DNA of 64,000 nucleotides from Sphingobacteriales bacterium (GCA_013298995.1 JAAFJW010000001.1:1047-65046); one strand, 5' to 3'. Counted from the first letter of the stretch, positions 45,920-55,620 are shown. Notes: generated by a model not told the origin, from the sequence alone. Numbers and translations are program-made.

Positions 45920-47245
45920 ATGCAATTTAAAAGACACCTTGAAACCAATTTGCTGGAATGGAAAAATAGCACAAACCGCAAACCCTTAGTTTTAAATGGA
46001 GCAAGACAGGTAGGCAAAACGTATTTAATGAAATGGTTAGGAAAAAATCATTTTCAAGATTTTGCTTATTTTAATTTTGACGAAAAACCCGAACTTAAAC
46101 AGTTTTTCGAAAACACAAAAGATGTAGCCCAAATTATCGAAAACCTTTCACTGGTAAACGGTGGTAAAATTAATAACCACACACTATTGATATTTGACGA
46201 AATACAAGAGTGTATGCCTGCATTAAACACACTTAAATATTTTTACGAAAACAAACCCGAACTTTGTATTATATGTGCTGGTTCGTTATTAGGTATTTCG
46301 TTAGGTAAAACACATTCTTTCCCTGTAGGTAAAGTTAATTTTTTAACCCTTTACCCTTTATGTTTTGCTGAGTTTTTAAGTCAAGCCGAACCTAGTTTAC
46401 ACAGGTATTTAAGTGGTATTGATGCTTTAAATGCCATACCCGATATATTTTTTACATCATTAAAAGATAACTTTAAAAAATACTTAGTTACAGGGGGCTT
46501 GCCAGCAGTTGCTTTGGCTTTTTTAGAAACCAAAGATTTTGCATTTGCCGATATGGTATTAAAAGATTTGATACGATCGTATGAACTCGATTTTGCCAAA
46601 CACCCCATTACCAAAGATGTTGCCAAAATAAGCCATGTATTTAATTCGATACCTTCGCAATTAGGCAGAGAGAACAAAAAATTTATTTATCAATTAGTAA
46701 AACCAGGTGCCCGAGCTCGCGAATACGAAGATGCTATTAGGTGGCTAGAGCAAGCGGGTTTAATTTATAAAATTTATTTGTGCAAAACACCTAAATTACC
46801 CTTAATGGCTTATGATGATTTAAGCGCATACAAAATATATGTTTTTGATGTAGGTATTTTACGAAAACTTTCGCAATTAGCCTCCATTGCTTTTACAGAA
46901 GGTGATAGATTATTTGTTGAGTTTAAGGGTGCTTTAGTAGAAAATTATATTTTGCAAAGTTTAATACCACAATTAGAAGTTATACCCCGATATTGGACTT
47001 CGGGAAACCAAGCCGAGGTTGATTTTATAATGCAAATACAAAACCAAATTATACCAATAGAGGTAAAAGCCGACGAAAATGTGCGTAGTGCAAGCCTTAC
47101 CTTATACGCTAATAAATTTTTACCTTTTATTAAGTTAAGGTATTCGATGAAAAACCTATCGTACAAAGATGGATTATTAAATATACCGCATTTTATGGCC
47201 GATTATACCACACAATTAATAAAAATGGTTCAAAAAATCAGCTAA
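45920..47245 (+). CDS. AAA-family ATPase with DUF4143-like C-terminal domain (copy 3)
   Basis: Walker A GARQVGKTY, Walker B LLIFDEIQ. The C-terminal EVDFIMQ...IPIEVK is clearly related to copy 2. I prefer ATG 45920 over GTG 45914. Confidence 0.8.
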   Translation: MQFKRHLETNLLEWKNSTNRKPLVLNGARQVGKTYLMKWLGKNHFQDFAYFNFDEKPELKQFFENTKDVAQIIENLSLVNGGKINNHTLLIFDEIQECMPALNTLKYFYENKPELCIICAGSLLGISLGKTHSFPVGKVNFLTLYPLCFAEFLSQAEPSLHRYLSGIDALNAIPDIFFTSLKDNFKKYLVTGGLPAVALAFLETKDFAFADMVLKDLIRSYELDFAKHPITKDVAKISHVFNSIPSQLGRENKKFIYQLVKPGARAREYEDAIRWLEQAGLIYKIYLCKTPKLPLMAYDDLSAYKIYVFDVGILRKLSQLASIAFTEGDRLFVEFKGALVENYILQSLIPQLEVIPRYWTSGNQAEVDFIMQIQNQIIPIEVKADENVRSASLTLYANKFLPFIKLRYSMKNLSYKDGLLNIPHFMADYTTQLIKMVQKIS

Positions 47246-47280
47246 ACTCAATATATTAAATACAGCACATTTCAAACAAA

Positions 47281-48441
47281 ATGAAAAAATTAGCCATTGT
47301 TAGCACCCACCCCATACAATACTATGCCCCAGTTTTTAAGCTACTTGCCCAAAAATTGGATGTTAAAGTATTTTATACTTGGGGGATAGAGGTTTTAGAA
47401 AACAAATACGACCCAGGCTTTAAAAAAGATATAAAATGGGATATACCACTACTTGATGGCTACAAGTACCATTTTACTAAAAATATAGCAAAAAATCCAG
47501 GTTCGCACCATTCTAAAGGCATTATTAACCCCAATTTAATTACCGAAATAGAAACATTTGGAGCAGATGCACTCCTTATTTATGGCTATGCTTATGATAG
47601 CCATTTAAAAGTAATGCGTTACTTTAAAGGCAAAACACCTATTTATTTTAGAGGCGACTCCACTTTGTTAGATAAAGAAAATATATTTAAAAAATTAATT
47701 AAAACAGTGTATTTAACATGGGTATATAAACATATCGATGTTGCATTTTATGTAGGATTAGCCAATAGGGCCTATTTTAAAAAATACGGAGTACCTGATA
47801 AAAATTTAATTAATGCACCACATGCTATTGATAATGATTTTTTTAGTGCCGATAGAACTACGGAAGCAAATGACATTAGGCATAAAATGGGGATACAACA
47901 AAGTGATATTTTAATTTTATATGCAGGAAAATTTGAAACAAAAAAAAATCCAGAAATACTGTTGCAGGCTTTTGGTAAACTTAGGCATCAAAATGTATTT
48001 TTATTACTATTAGGTAACGGAGATTTAGAAATGGTGCTAAAAGAAAAAACAAAATCGCTTAAAAAAAGAAAATATATTTTTTTTGAAGATTTTAAAAACC
48101 AAAACCAGTTGCCTGCCTATTACCAAGCTTGTGATTTATTTTGTTTGCCTTCAAAAGGGCCTGGCGAAACTTGGGGATTAGCCGTTAACGAGGCAATGGC
48201 TGCAGGAAAAGCAATACTTATATCAGATAAAGTAGGTTGCCAGTCTAACTTAGTATTAGACGGGTCAAATGGTTTGATTTTTAAATCAGAAAATACCAAA
48301 GACATTTATCAAAACTTAAAAAGACTTATTTTTGATAAGCAAAAATTGATTGACATGGGTAAAGCTTCAAAAAATATTATTGCAAAATACAGTTTCCAAA
48401 TACAGGTAAATAAAATTATCGAAGCAATAAATGAACAATAA
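47281..48441 (+). CDS. Glycosyltransferase family 4 (GT-B)
   Basis: PSKGPGETWGLAVNEAMAAGKAILISDKVGCQSNLVLDGSNGLIF. Confidence 0.8.
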   Translation: MKKLAIVSTHPIQYYAPVFKLLAQKLDVKVFYTWGIEVLENKYDPGFKKDIKWDIPLLDGYKYHFTKNIAKNPGSHHSKGIINPNLITEIETFGADALLIYGYAYDSHLKVMRYFKGKTPIYFRGDSTLLDKENIFKKLIKTVYLTWVYKHIDVAFYVGLANRAYFKKYGVPDKNLINAPHAIDNDFFSADRTTEANDIRHKMGIQQSDILILYAGKFETKKNPEILLQAFGKLRHQNVFLLLLGNGDLEMVLKEKTKSLKKRKYIFFEDFKNQNQLPAYYQACDLFCLPSKGPGETWGLAVNEAMAAGKAILISDKVGCQSNLVLDGSNGLIFKSENTKDIYQNLKRLIFDKQKLIDMGKASKNIIAKYSFQIQVNKIIEAINEQ

Positions 48442-49906
48442 CCAAAAACATATAGCTTATTTACCTGGTTTTATACTATGGATAATGGCCGAATTTATAA
48501 TTACCGACCCCGTATTGTCCTATTTTTTAGCTTGGCTAAGTTCATTCTTTATTTTTTATTGGACTATATTTTCGAATTTTAAATACATCAACGATGACTT
48601 GCCCGTAAAAGACCAAGTTTTACGTCCTATAATTATAGTTCAGTTAATTTTTGCTGGTTTTATGTGTTGCACTTCTGTTTTTTATTTCTTAAACCATTTG
48701 GGCTATCGTTATTTCGAAAAAGTAGAATTTAATTTAGATGTACCCAATGCGCAAACTTATTTGATAGCCCAATGCCAACGTTTAAGTTTATTGGCACATG
48801 CCTCTTTGGTAACAGGCATCATTTTACTAACCAATAAAAAAGATAAAAACCAAAGAAAGTACATTTTAGCATCAGATATTAACATAAATAATTTATTAAC
48901 TAAATTTAGCATTTTTACTTTTTTTGCTGCATTTGCAGTAAAAGTAATTCCTGGTTTTTCTCAGTTTAGTGAGGGGCTTACCTCTGTTTCGGTTTTTGCA
49001 GGTACTTTTTTATTGGTGAAAGGCATTGTACATAAAAAAAAGAAATTACTTTATATAGGTGGTGCCTTGTTTTTTTCAAACCTATTAAAAGCTACACTTT
49101 CGGGCTTTAAAGAACCCATACTTATGAGCATCATTATTTTGGGTTGTTTGCTGTTTCCCGTTTATAAAAAAGTTACCTTATACCTTGGTATCCCATTATT
49201 ATATGGCTTGTTATACATCTTACCCACTTATGTAAGTGTAATGCGAACACAATCTTGGGGAGGGGATAGTTCGGCAGAATCATCAAGAACAGCAGCTATA
49301 GAAACTATTTTAGACGATGAAAACGCCGCTTTAATAGAAGATACTAATTGGGAATTTTTAACCGACCGCATAAGCGAGATAAATATGTTTACGCAGTTTG
49401 TAAACAATACCCCCACCAATATTGATTATTATGGTTTTGAAATTTTAATAGATTCGTTTTATGCACTTATACCAAGGGTATTATGGAAAGATAAGCCTAT
49501 AACCGAAGAAATATCAATGAAAAGGGTATATGCAGCTGGTGTAATAAGTGAAAGCTCTATTGTATCGGCCAAAACCCGCCCTGTGGTAGATGCGTATTTA
49601 AGTTTTGGTACCCTTGGGGTGTTTGTTTTTTTTATTTTGATAGGCTTAATTGCCCAAGGGCTTTGCAATACATCGGAAAACACCTTTGGCGGCTACCAAT
49701 TTGGTACGGTTATAATAATGGGCATATTTAGCAATACGCTATGGCGTGGCAATAATTTTGAGTTTATGTTTAATTCATTGTTTTATGGATATATTTTGGT
49801 AATTATTATAGGAGAATTTTTAAAATTGTTTAAAATATTAAATTCTTTAGATTACCCTTCTACAGAAAATCAAGATATATTTTTGGAAGATGCAAAAATA
49901 GAATAA
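48431..49906 (+). CDS. Polytopic membrane protein, probable O-antigen/EPS repeat-unit polymerase (Wzy-like)
   Basis: 491 aa with at least 10 hydrophobic segments. A large loop carries ...ALIPRVLWKDKP, a motif common in Wzy-type polymerases. Confidence 0.5.
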   Translation: MNNNQKHIAYLPGFILWIMAEFIITDPVLSYFLAWLSSFFIFYWTIFSNFKYINDDLPVKDQVLRPIIIVQLIFAGFMCCTSVFYFLNHLGYRYFEKVEFNLDVPNAQTYLIAQCQRLSLLAHASLVTGIILLTNKKDKNQRKYILASDININNLLTKFSIFTFFAAFAVKVIPGFSQFSEGLTSVSVFAGTFLLVKGIVHKKKKLLYIGGALFFSNLLKATLSGFKEPILMSIIILGCLLFPVYKKVTLYLGIPLLYGLLYILPTYVSVMRTQSWGGDSSAESSRTAAIETILDDENAALIEDTNWEFLTDRISEINMFTQFVNNTPTNIDYYGFEILIDSFYALIPRVLWKDKPITEEISMKRVYAAGVISESSIVSAKTRPVVDAYLSFGTLGVFVFFILIGLIAQGLCNTSENTFGGYQFGTVIIMGIFSNTLWRGNNFEFMFNSLFYGYILVIIIGEFLKLFKILNSLDYPSTENQDIFLEDAKIE

Positions 49907-49959
49907 TTTATAAAAGCAATAAAGTACAAATCTACATCAGCAAATACACTAACCTATTT

Positions 49960-51129
49960 ATGTCTCTTTTGCAATACAACGTCCTCCACATTTCGGCAAG
50001 CTATATACCAGCATATATTTATGGTGGTCCTACCATGTCGGTATCGCAACTGGCGCAAAATCTAGCTAAATATGGTAATTGTAACGTAAGTGTTTATACT
50101 ACTACTGCCAATGGTAAAACAGAATTAGACATCACGCCCAATAGCGTACACCATATCAACGGCGTACAAGTAACATATTTTAAAAGAATAACTAAAGACC
50201 ATAGCCATTTTTCGCCTGCGCTGTATATTGCTTTATGGAAAAACATACACACTTTTGATTATATACATTTACACGCTTGGTGGCATTTGGTTTCGGTTGT
50301 AAGTGCATTAATATGTGTACTAAAAGGTAAAAAATTTATTCTATCGCCTCGTGGTACATTAAGTACATATTCGTTTAATAACCGTACTTCGTTTCTCAAA
50401 AAAATTTTTCACCAATGTATAGGTGAACCATTATTATGTAGGGCTAATTTTTTATTAACCAGCAAAAATGAAGAAACCGAAATAAAGCTATTGCTTAACA
50501 AATCTGTAAAAACTTATGTACTCCCTAATTTTGTTAAAATAGCCAATCAAGATATTCATTTGCAAATACCTGATTTTGGTACTTTTAATCTGTTATTTTT
50601 ATCAAGGGTCGAGGAAAAAAAAGGGATAGAATTTTTATTCTACGCACTCGAAAACCTTACCATTTCGTACCAATTAACCATAGCAGGTACAGGCGATATA
50701 ACTTATATCGAAAAATTAAAAAAATTAGCCAAAATCCTAAATATCCAACAAAACTTAAATTGGATAGGGCAAGTAAACAACAATAAAAAATTTGAAATTT
50801 TAAACAAACACCATTTATTAATATTACCATCGTACAACGAAAACTTTGCCAATGTAATTATTGAAAGCCTGAGTGTAGGCACAGCTGTACTTATAACACC
50901 CAATGTAGGTTTAGCAGATTTTGTGGAAAAAAACAACCTAGGATGGATATGCCCCCAAAACCAAAATGCCATTAAAAATAAAATTGAATTTATATATACT
51001 CAAACTGAAAAGTTAAAAATTATTAAAAGTATTGCGCCAAAAATTATCTATGCAGCATTTGATATCGAAAATTTAACCAAACAATATCTCAACTTTTATA
51101 AATCAACTTCAAAAAACAAAATAAATTAA
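49960..51129 (+). CDS. Glycosyltransferase family 4 (GT-B)
   Basis: PSYNENFANVIIESLSVGTAVLITPNVGLADFVEKNNLG. Confidence 0.75.
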   Translation: MSLLQYNVLHISASYIPAYIYGGPTMSVSQLAQNLAKYGNCNVSVYTTTANGKTELDITPNSVHHINGVQVTYFKRITKDHSHFSPALYIALWKNIHTFDYIHLHAWWHLVSVVSALICVLKGKKFILSPRGTLSTYSFNNRTSFLKKIFHQCIGEPLLCRANFLLTSKNEETEIKLLLNKSVKTYVLPNFVKIANQDIHLQIPDFGTFNLLFLSRVEEKKGIEFLFYALENLTISYQLTIAGTGDITYIEKLKKLAKILNIQQNLNWIGQVNNNKKFEILNKHHLLILPSYNENFANVIIESLSVGTAVLITPNVGLADFVEKNNLGWICPQNQNAIKNKIEFIYTQTEKLKIIKSIAPKIIYAAFDIENLTKQYLNFYKSTSKNKIN

Positions 51130-51215
51130 CATAATTTAGCGTCAGATTATGCTGAACATACCGATAATATATTGTATGTAATGCCCAACATCTAATATCA
51201 TTACATTTACCCCTA

Positions 51216-52070
51216 ATGAAAACACCAATAACCGCCATAATATTAACCTTCAATGAAGAAAAAAACATTGTTGATTGTATAAATAGCCTTTATGATTTAG
51301 TTGATGAAATTATTGTTGTTGATTCGTTTTCTACCGACCGTACCATAGAAATTATAAAAAGCTATGGACTACAATTTCATCAACACGAGTTTACAAATTA
51401 TAGCACACAGCGCAATTGGGCATTAAACAACATTATTATTAAAAACAACTGGATTTTAAACCTAGACGCCGACCACAGAGTTACAAAAGAGCTAGCTAGC
51501 GAATTGCAACTTTTATTTAGTGCAAACATTGATGCCTCAATTAATGGCTTTGTAGCAAGCCGAAAAACCTTATTTATGGGTAAATGGATAAAATACGGTG
51601 GTCATTACCCAACCTATCACGCTGTTTTATTTAGAAAAGGTTTTGGATATTGTGAAGAACGACTATACGACCAACATTTTAAAGTGGATGGTACTATAAA
51701 AAAATTAAAAGGCGATATTATTGATTTAATTACAGAATCATTATCAACATTTACCCTAAGACACAATAAATGGTCTGATTTAGAAGCCCTAGAACAGTTT
51801 TCGGGCAACTTACTTAATAATACAAAACTTATAAAAGGAAACCTTAACGGAAACCCAATTCAAAAAAGAAGGTATTTGAAAAATATTTACGACCGTTTCC
51901 CTTTATTTATACGACCAATAATGTATTTTTTTGTAAGATACTTTTTACGATTGGGATTTCTAGACGGTAAAAGAGGTTTAATTTTTCATTTTTTACAATG
52001 CTTTTGGTTTAGATTTTTAATTGACGCAAAAATTTATGAAATAAAAAAAACAAATGAAAAAAGCACTTAA
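51216..52070 (+). CDS. Glycosyltransferase family 2
   Basis: ITAIILTFNEEKNIVDCINSLYDLVDEIIVVDSFSTDRT, followed by the NLDADH motif. Confidence 0.8.
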   Translation: MKTPITAIILTFNEEKNIVDCINSLYDLVDEIIVVDSFSTDRTIEIIKSYGLQFHQHEFTNYSTQRNWALNNIIIKNNWILNLDADHRVTKELASELQLLFSANIDASINGFVASRKTLFMGKWIKYGGHYPTYHAVLFRKGFGYCEERLYDQHFKVDGTIKKLKGDIIDLITESLSTFTLRHNKWSDLEALEQFSGNLLNNTKLIKGNLNGNPIQKRRYLKNIYDRFPLFIRPIMYFFVRYFLRLGFLDGKRGLIFHFLQCFWFRFLIDAKIYEIKKTNEKST

Positions 52071-52641
52071 CACACTTAACCACAACCAAGCCTTAAAATT
52101 TATTCTAACTTTTGTTGTGTTTTTTATACTATTTAATAGCGCAAATAAATTTTTCAATAGTGTGTACTCACCACATTCAAAGTATTATAATTCTTTTTTT
52201 GCCGAAAACTTAAATTATATACAAGCCATACGTAGCACACTCATCATTTGTAGTGCTACCATTTTACAATGGCTAGGTTATACCATGCTGTACACTAAAA
52301 CTCAGTTATTGGCAATAGGCGGTGTACCTTGCAACATAAATTATGGATGCCTTGGCTTAGGTGTGCTTAGTTTTTGGACAGCCTTTATAATCGCTTTCCC
52401 AAAACCAATAAAACAAAAAATAAAATTTTTTATTATCGGGCTATCTAGCATATTTATTTTAAACATTAGCCGTATGGTACTTTTAGTGGTAACTACCGTA
52501 AATTCTCCAGCCGATGTAAAAAAAATAAATTATCATCATGATTTATTTAACATCATCGTTTACGTTATTTTATTTGCGATGATTTATTTTTGGATAAACA
52601 ACACCCAACACCAAGCCCCTAATAAACCTAGCGATACCTAA
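52054..52641 (+). CDS. Small polytopic membrane protein, exosortase/archaeosortase-like
   Basis: 195 aa. The ordered Cys/Arg/His motifs NYGCLGLGVLSFW, ILNISRMVLL and HHDLFNIIVYVILF resemble the catalytic triad layout of mini-exosortases (XrtF-like). By eye only. Confidence 0.45.
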   Translation: MKKALNTLNHNQALKFILTFVVFFILFNSANKFFNSVYSPHSKYYNSFFAENLNYIQAIRSTLIICSATILQWLGYTMLYTKTQLLAIGGVPCNINYGCLGLGVLSFWTAFIIAFPKPIKQKIKFFIIGLSSIFILNISRMVLLVVTTVNSPADVKKINYHHDLFNIIVYVILFAMIYFWINNTQHQAPNKPSDT

Positions 52642-52645
52642 AATT

Positions 52646-53209
52646 ATGCCCTCGCACATCTCCACTGTACAATTGGCCAAAAAATTCGACACCAAAAACT
52701 TTATAATTGGTGCCTCGGTTTACAAGCAGTTTTTATGGTATTATGTAAGCTGTTTGGTATTTAGGTCGGGGCTTATGCCCTCAAGCAGTGTATTGGTATT
52801 TATACTCAAATGCTTTGGTGCCAAAATTGGCAAAGATGTGCGTATAAAACCCTATATATACATCAAATACCCCTGGAAACTAACCGTAGGAAACCATAGC
52901 TGGCTGGCCGAATGTTTTATTGAAAACTTGGATGAGGTAATTATTGGTAATAATTGTTGCATATCGCAAAATGCTACACTGATGACAGGCAACCATAACT
53001 ACAAAAAAACTAGCTTCGATTTAATTACAAAGCCAATTATATTAGAAAACGGTGTTTGGGTTGGTGCCAATGCAACCGTATGCCCTGGTGTGCTATGTAA
53101 AACACATTCGGTATTAACAATGGGTGCAATAGCCACAAAAAACCTAGAGGCATACAGTATTTACAGTGGTACACCAGCCGTTAAAATTAAAGATAGAGTT
53201 ATTGATTGA
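52646..53209 (+). CDS. WcaF-like hexapeptide-repeat acetyltransferase
   Basis: N-terminal membrane-proximal segment, then IGNNCCISQNATLMTGNH...ENGVWVGANATVCPGVLCKTHSVLTMGAIATKNL. Confidence 0.8.
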   Translation: MPSHISTVQLAKKFDTKNFIIGASVYKQFLWYYVSCLVFRSGLMPSSSVLVFILKCFGAKIGKDVRIKPYIYIKYPWKLTVGNHSWLAECFIENLDEVIIGNNCCISQNATLMTGNHNYKKTSFDLITKPIILENGVWVGANATVCPGVLCKTHSVLTMGAIATKNLEAYSIYSGTPAVKIKDRVID

Positions 53210-53257
53210 TACGCTAGCAATGCTTGTTACAAGCACTACATTAAGTTAAATAAACAG

Positions 53258-53390
53258 GATTGAAGCGGTTACCCTTTTTTTGATTGGGATTTTTGAAGCG
53301 TAGGGATAAAAAAGCTATGAGCAAACCTACCAGCAGGTAGGCAAGAAGCCCTACTAGCCCTTACTTAAACAGAACCAGCCCCTACTTTTC
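53258..53390. repeat. GC-rich REP-like segment
   Basis: GGATTGAAGCGGTTACCC...GAAGCGTAGGGATAAAAAAGC...CCTACCAGCAGGTAGG palindrome...CCCTACTAGCCCTTAC. Same flavour as the other GC-rich intergenic elements. Confidence 0.5.
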
Positions 53391-53400
53391 CCATAAAAAA

Positions 53401-54126
53401 ATGTTGCACAAAACCGCTGGAATTGTTTTAAAAACCACTAATTACGCCGAAAGTAGCGTGGTTGCCAAAATTTATACCGAAAAATTTGGCTTGCAATCGT
53501 ATATAATTAATGGGGTAAAAAAACCTAATGCCAAAATACGGATGAACATGCTACAACCATTAAGTATATTAGACATGGTAGTTTATCACAAACAAAATGG
53601 TGGCATACAGCGTATTGCCGAAGCTCGTCCCTCGCCCGTTTTACTTTCGATACCTTATCATATTATAAAAAGTTCGGTGGCATTGTTTTTAAATGAGATG
53701 CTATACAAAAGCCTTAAACAACCTAACCACGAGCCACTTTTATTCCAGTTTTTAGTAAATGCGATTTTATATTTAGATTGTACCCACGAAAAATGTAGCA
53801 ATTACGCATCCGTTTTTTTGGTACAATTAAGCCGTTTTTTGGGCTTTAGTCCCGATATTTCTTATGCCGACTCGCGATTGTACTTTGATTTACAAAACGG
53901 AGTTTTTGTAAATATGATACCCAACCATACCCAATATATAGGCAGCAATGATTTAAAAAACTGGGTTAAAATATTACGTTGTTCATTAACAGATACCGAT
54001 TTGCTAAACCTAAACCCAGGCAATAGAAAATATTTTTTAGAACAAATTATTAACTATTACCGCTTACATATTGATGGCTTGGGCGAGGTAAAATCGCATT
54101 TGGTATTAGAGGAAGTATTAAGTTAA
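53401..54126 (+). CDS. recO: DNA repair protein RecO
   Basis: 241 aa. The N-terminal OB-fold signature MLHKTAGIVLKTTNYAESSVVAKIYTEKFGLQSYIINGVKK is typical of Bacteroidota RecO. Confidence 0.85.
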   Translation: MLHKTAGIVLKTTNYAESSVVAKIYTEKFGLQSYIINGVKKPNAKIRMNMLQPLSILDMVVYHKQNGGIQRIAEARPSPVLLSIPYHIIKSSVALFLNEMLYKSLKQPNHEPLLFQFLVNAILYLDCTHEKCSNYASVFLVQLSRFLGFSPDISYADSRLYFDLQNGVFVNMIPNHTQYIGSNDLKNWVKILRCSLTDTDLLNLNPGNRKYFLEQIINYYRLHIDGLGEVKSHLVLEEVLS

Positions 54127-54156
54127 AAAAACCCGTTTTGAAAATATATTTATTGC

Positions 54157-54184
54157 AAAAAGCCCCAAAATGGGGCTTTTTTTG
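54157..54184. terminator. Bidirectional intrinsic terminator
   Basis: AAAAAGCCCCAAAATGGGGCTTTTTTT lies between the convergent recO and the small ORF. Confidence 0.7.
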
Positions 54185-54186
54185 TG

Positions 54187-54381
54187 TTACTTTTTTTTGT
54201 TGGCTTTGTGGCGCATATCGGGTGTGCCATCTTTTTTTAGTGGGCCCTTGGCTTTTTTGTTTTCTTTAAAACGTTTGTCCAGTGTACCATCTTTTTTAAC
54301 TTGCAACTGGGCTGCACAAAGGGGTGTAAATGCGCCAAAGCTAATTATGGCAAGCATTAACATAGCAATTATTTTTTTCAT
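54187..54381 (-). CDS. Small secreted lysine-rich protein with two KKDGTxDxR repeats
   Basis: 64 aa. Signal peptide MKKIIAMLMLAIISFGAFTPLCA, then KKDGTLDKRFKENKKAKGPLKKDGTPDMRHKANKKK. Confidence 0.5.
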   Translation of the reverse strand: MKKIIAMLMLAIISFGAFTPLCAAQLQVKKDGTLDKRFKENKKAKGPLKKDGTPDMRHKANKKK

Positions 54382-54442
54382 AATTTATATTTTAGGTGAT
54401 TTCTAAGGTACAAAGTTTTAGTTTATTTTAAAACTTATTTTT

Positions 54443-55564
54443 TTAATCTGCCAATATCCTGTATAGTTCTAAATTTAGGTAATAATGATTGCCCTGCATG
54501 GTACGGCGTTCTAAAATACCCATTTGTACCAATTGGGTTAAGTATTTTTTAGCGGTATTTTCGGCATATAGCTTTTGTTCGGTAAAATATTTTACGCGAC
54601 TAAATGGTTGGGTAAAAATGGTATTCACCAATGATTCGGGTCGGCTAATTTTGGTTTTAGAAATAATTGCTTGTAGTATGGCATCTTTTGCAGCAATAAT
54701 ATCATTAATTTTATGGTAAGTTAAATTAGATGTAACCTCCACAGCTTTAAGCATGTAAATTATCCATGTTTTCCAATCGCCACGCTGGGTTACACCCATT
54801 AAGCTACTGTAATAATCGTCTTTATTATCCATAATGTATTTGCTCAAAAACAAAATGGGGTAATCTAATAAACCCTTTTTAGTAAGATAATGGATATTAA
54901 AAATTCTTCCTGTTCGGCCATTGCCATCTCTAAAAGGATGTATAGCCTCAAACTGAAAATGCCCTATTGCCATTTTCAAAACAGCATCAACCTTATATTT
55001 TTTATCATCATTTAGGTATTGAAGCAGGTTTTGTAGTTTTTTTTCTATAATCCCAAGCCCTCGTGGTGGCGTATAAACCGCTTTACCAGCATTAGGGCCA
55101 GTACCACCTTGGCGTATGTAGGTTTGTGCTACAACAGGCCTAATACCATCGTTCGTTTGGTTTACTTGTTGGTATATAAGTTGGATATATTGTTCGTCAA
55201 AGGCATCTTTATCTTTTAAATAATCGTAACCCTGCCATAAAGCTTCACGGTAACGTAATATTTCTTTAGGTGCACCTTGTATTATTTCCTCGGGTTGTTC
55301 GCAAAATGCTTTGTAAAGCTCATCATCGGTGGTAAAAATATTTTCTATTGCGCTTGATGCTTTGGCCTCTTGTAAACTTATCGAGTTAATTAACATCCCC
55401 TGATTTGGTATGGCAATGCTGCGCCCCTGTAATTTACCCAAAGCTACTTTTGCATTAGCCAAATGTTCGTAAATTTCTACTGTTTTAAATAAACTATCGT
55501 CGATGGGTAAATCGGGCAAGCCGTTCCAAGGAATATTTCTGTCAGGATTTATTGTATATACCAT
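54443..55564 (-). CDS. Fic-family protein (AMPylase-type) with C-terminal winged-helix
   Basis: 373 aa. Core motif HPFRDGNGRTGR. N-terminal inhibitory-helix motif SSAIEN, which fits (S/T)xxxE(G/N). Confidence 0.85.
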   Translation of the reverse strand: MVYTINPDRNIPWNGLPDLPIDDSLFKTVEIYEHLANAKVALGKLQGRSIAIPNQGMLINSISLQEAKASSAIENIFTTDDELYKAFCEQPEEIIQGAPKEILRYREALWQGYDYLKDKDAFDEQYIQLIYQQVNQTNDGIRPVVAQTYIRQGGTGPNAGKAVYTPPRGLGIIEKKLQNLLQYLNDDKKYKVDAVLKMAIGHFQFEAIHPFRDGNGRTGRIFNIHYLTKKGLLDYPILFLSKYIMDNKDDYYSSLMGVTQRGDWKTWIIYMLKAVEVTSNLTYHKINDIIAAKDAILQAIISKTKISRPESLVNTIFTQPFSRVKYFTEQKLYAENTAKKYLTQLVQMGILERRTMQGNHYYLNLELYRILAD

Positions 55565-55608
55565 AGCTCTACACGTTATTCGATAACGCTAAATTATTTT
55601 TCGAAAAA

Positions 55609-55616
55609 CAAATGTA
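55609..55616 (-). promoter_or_regulatory. Bacteroidota -7 box (TACATTTG on the minus strand) for fic
   Basis: About 45 bp upstream of ATG 55564, directly abutting the first 71-bp repeat unit. Confidence 0.4.
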
Positions 55617-55620
55617 AGCA

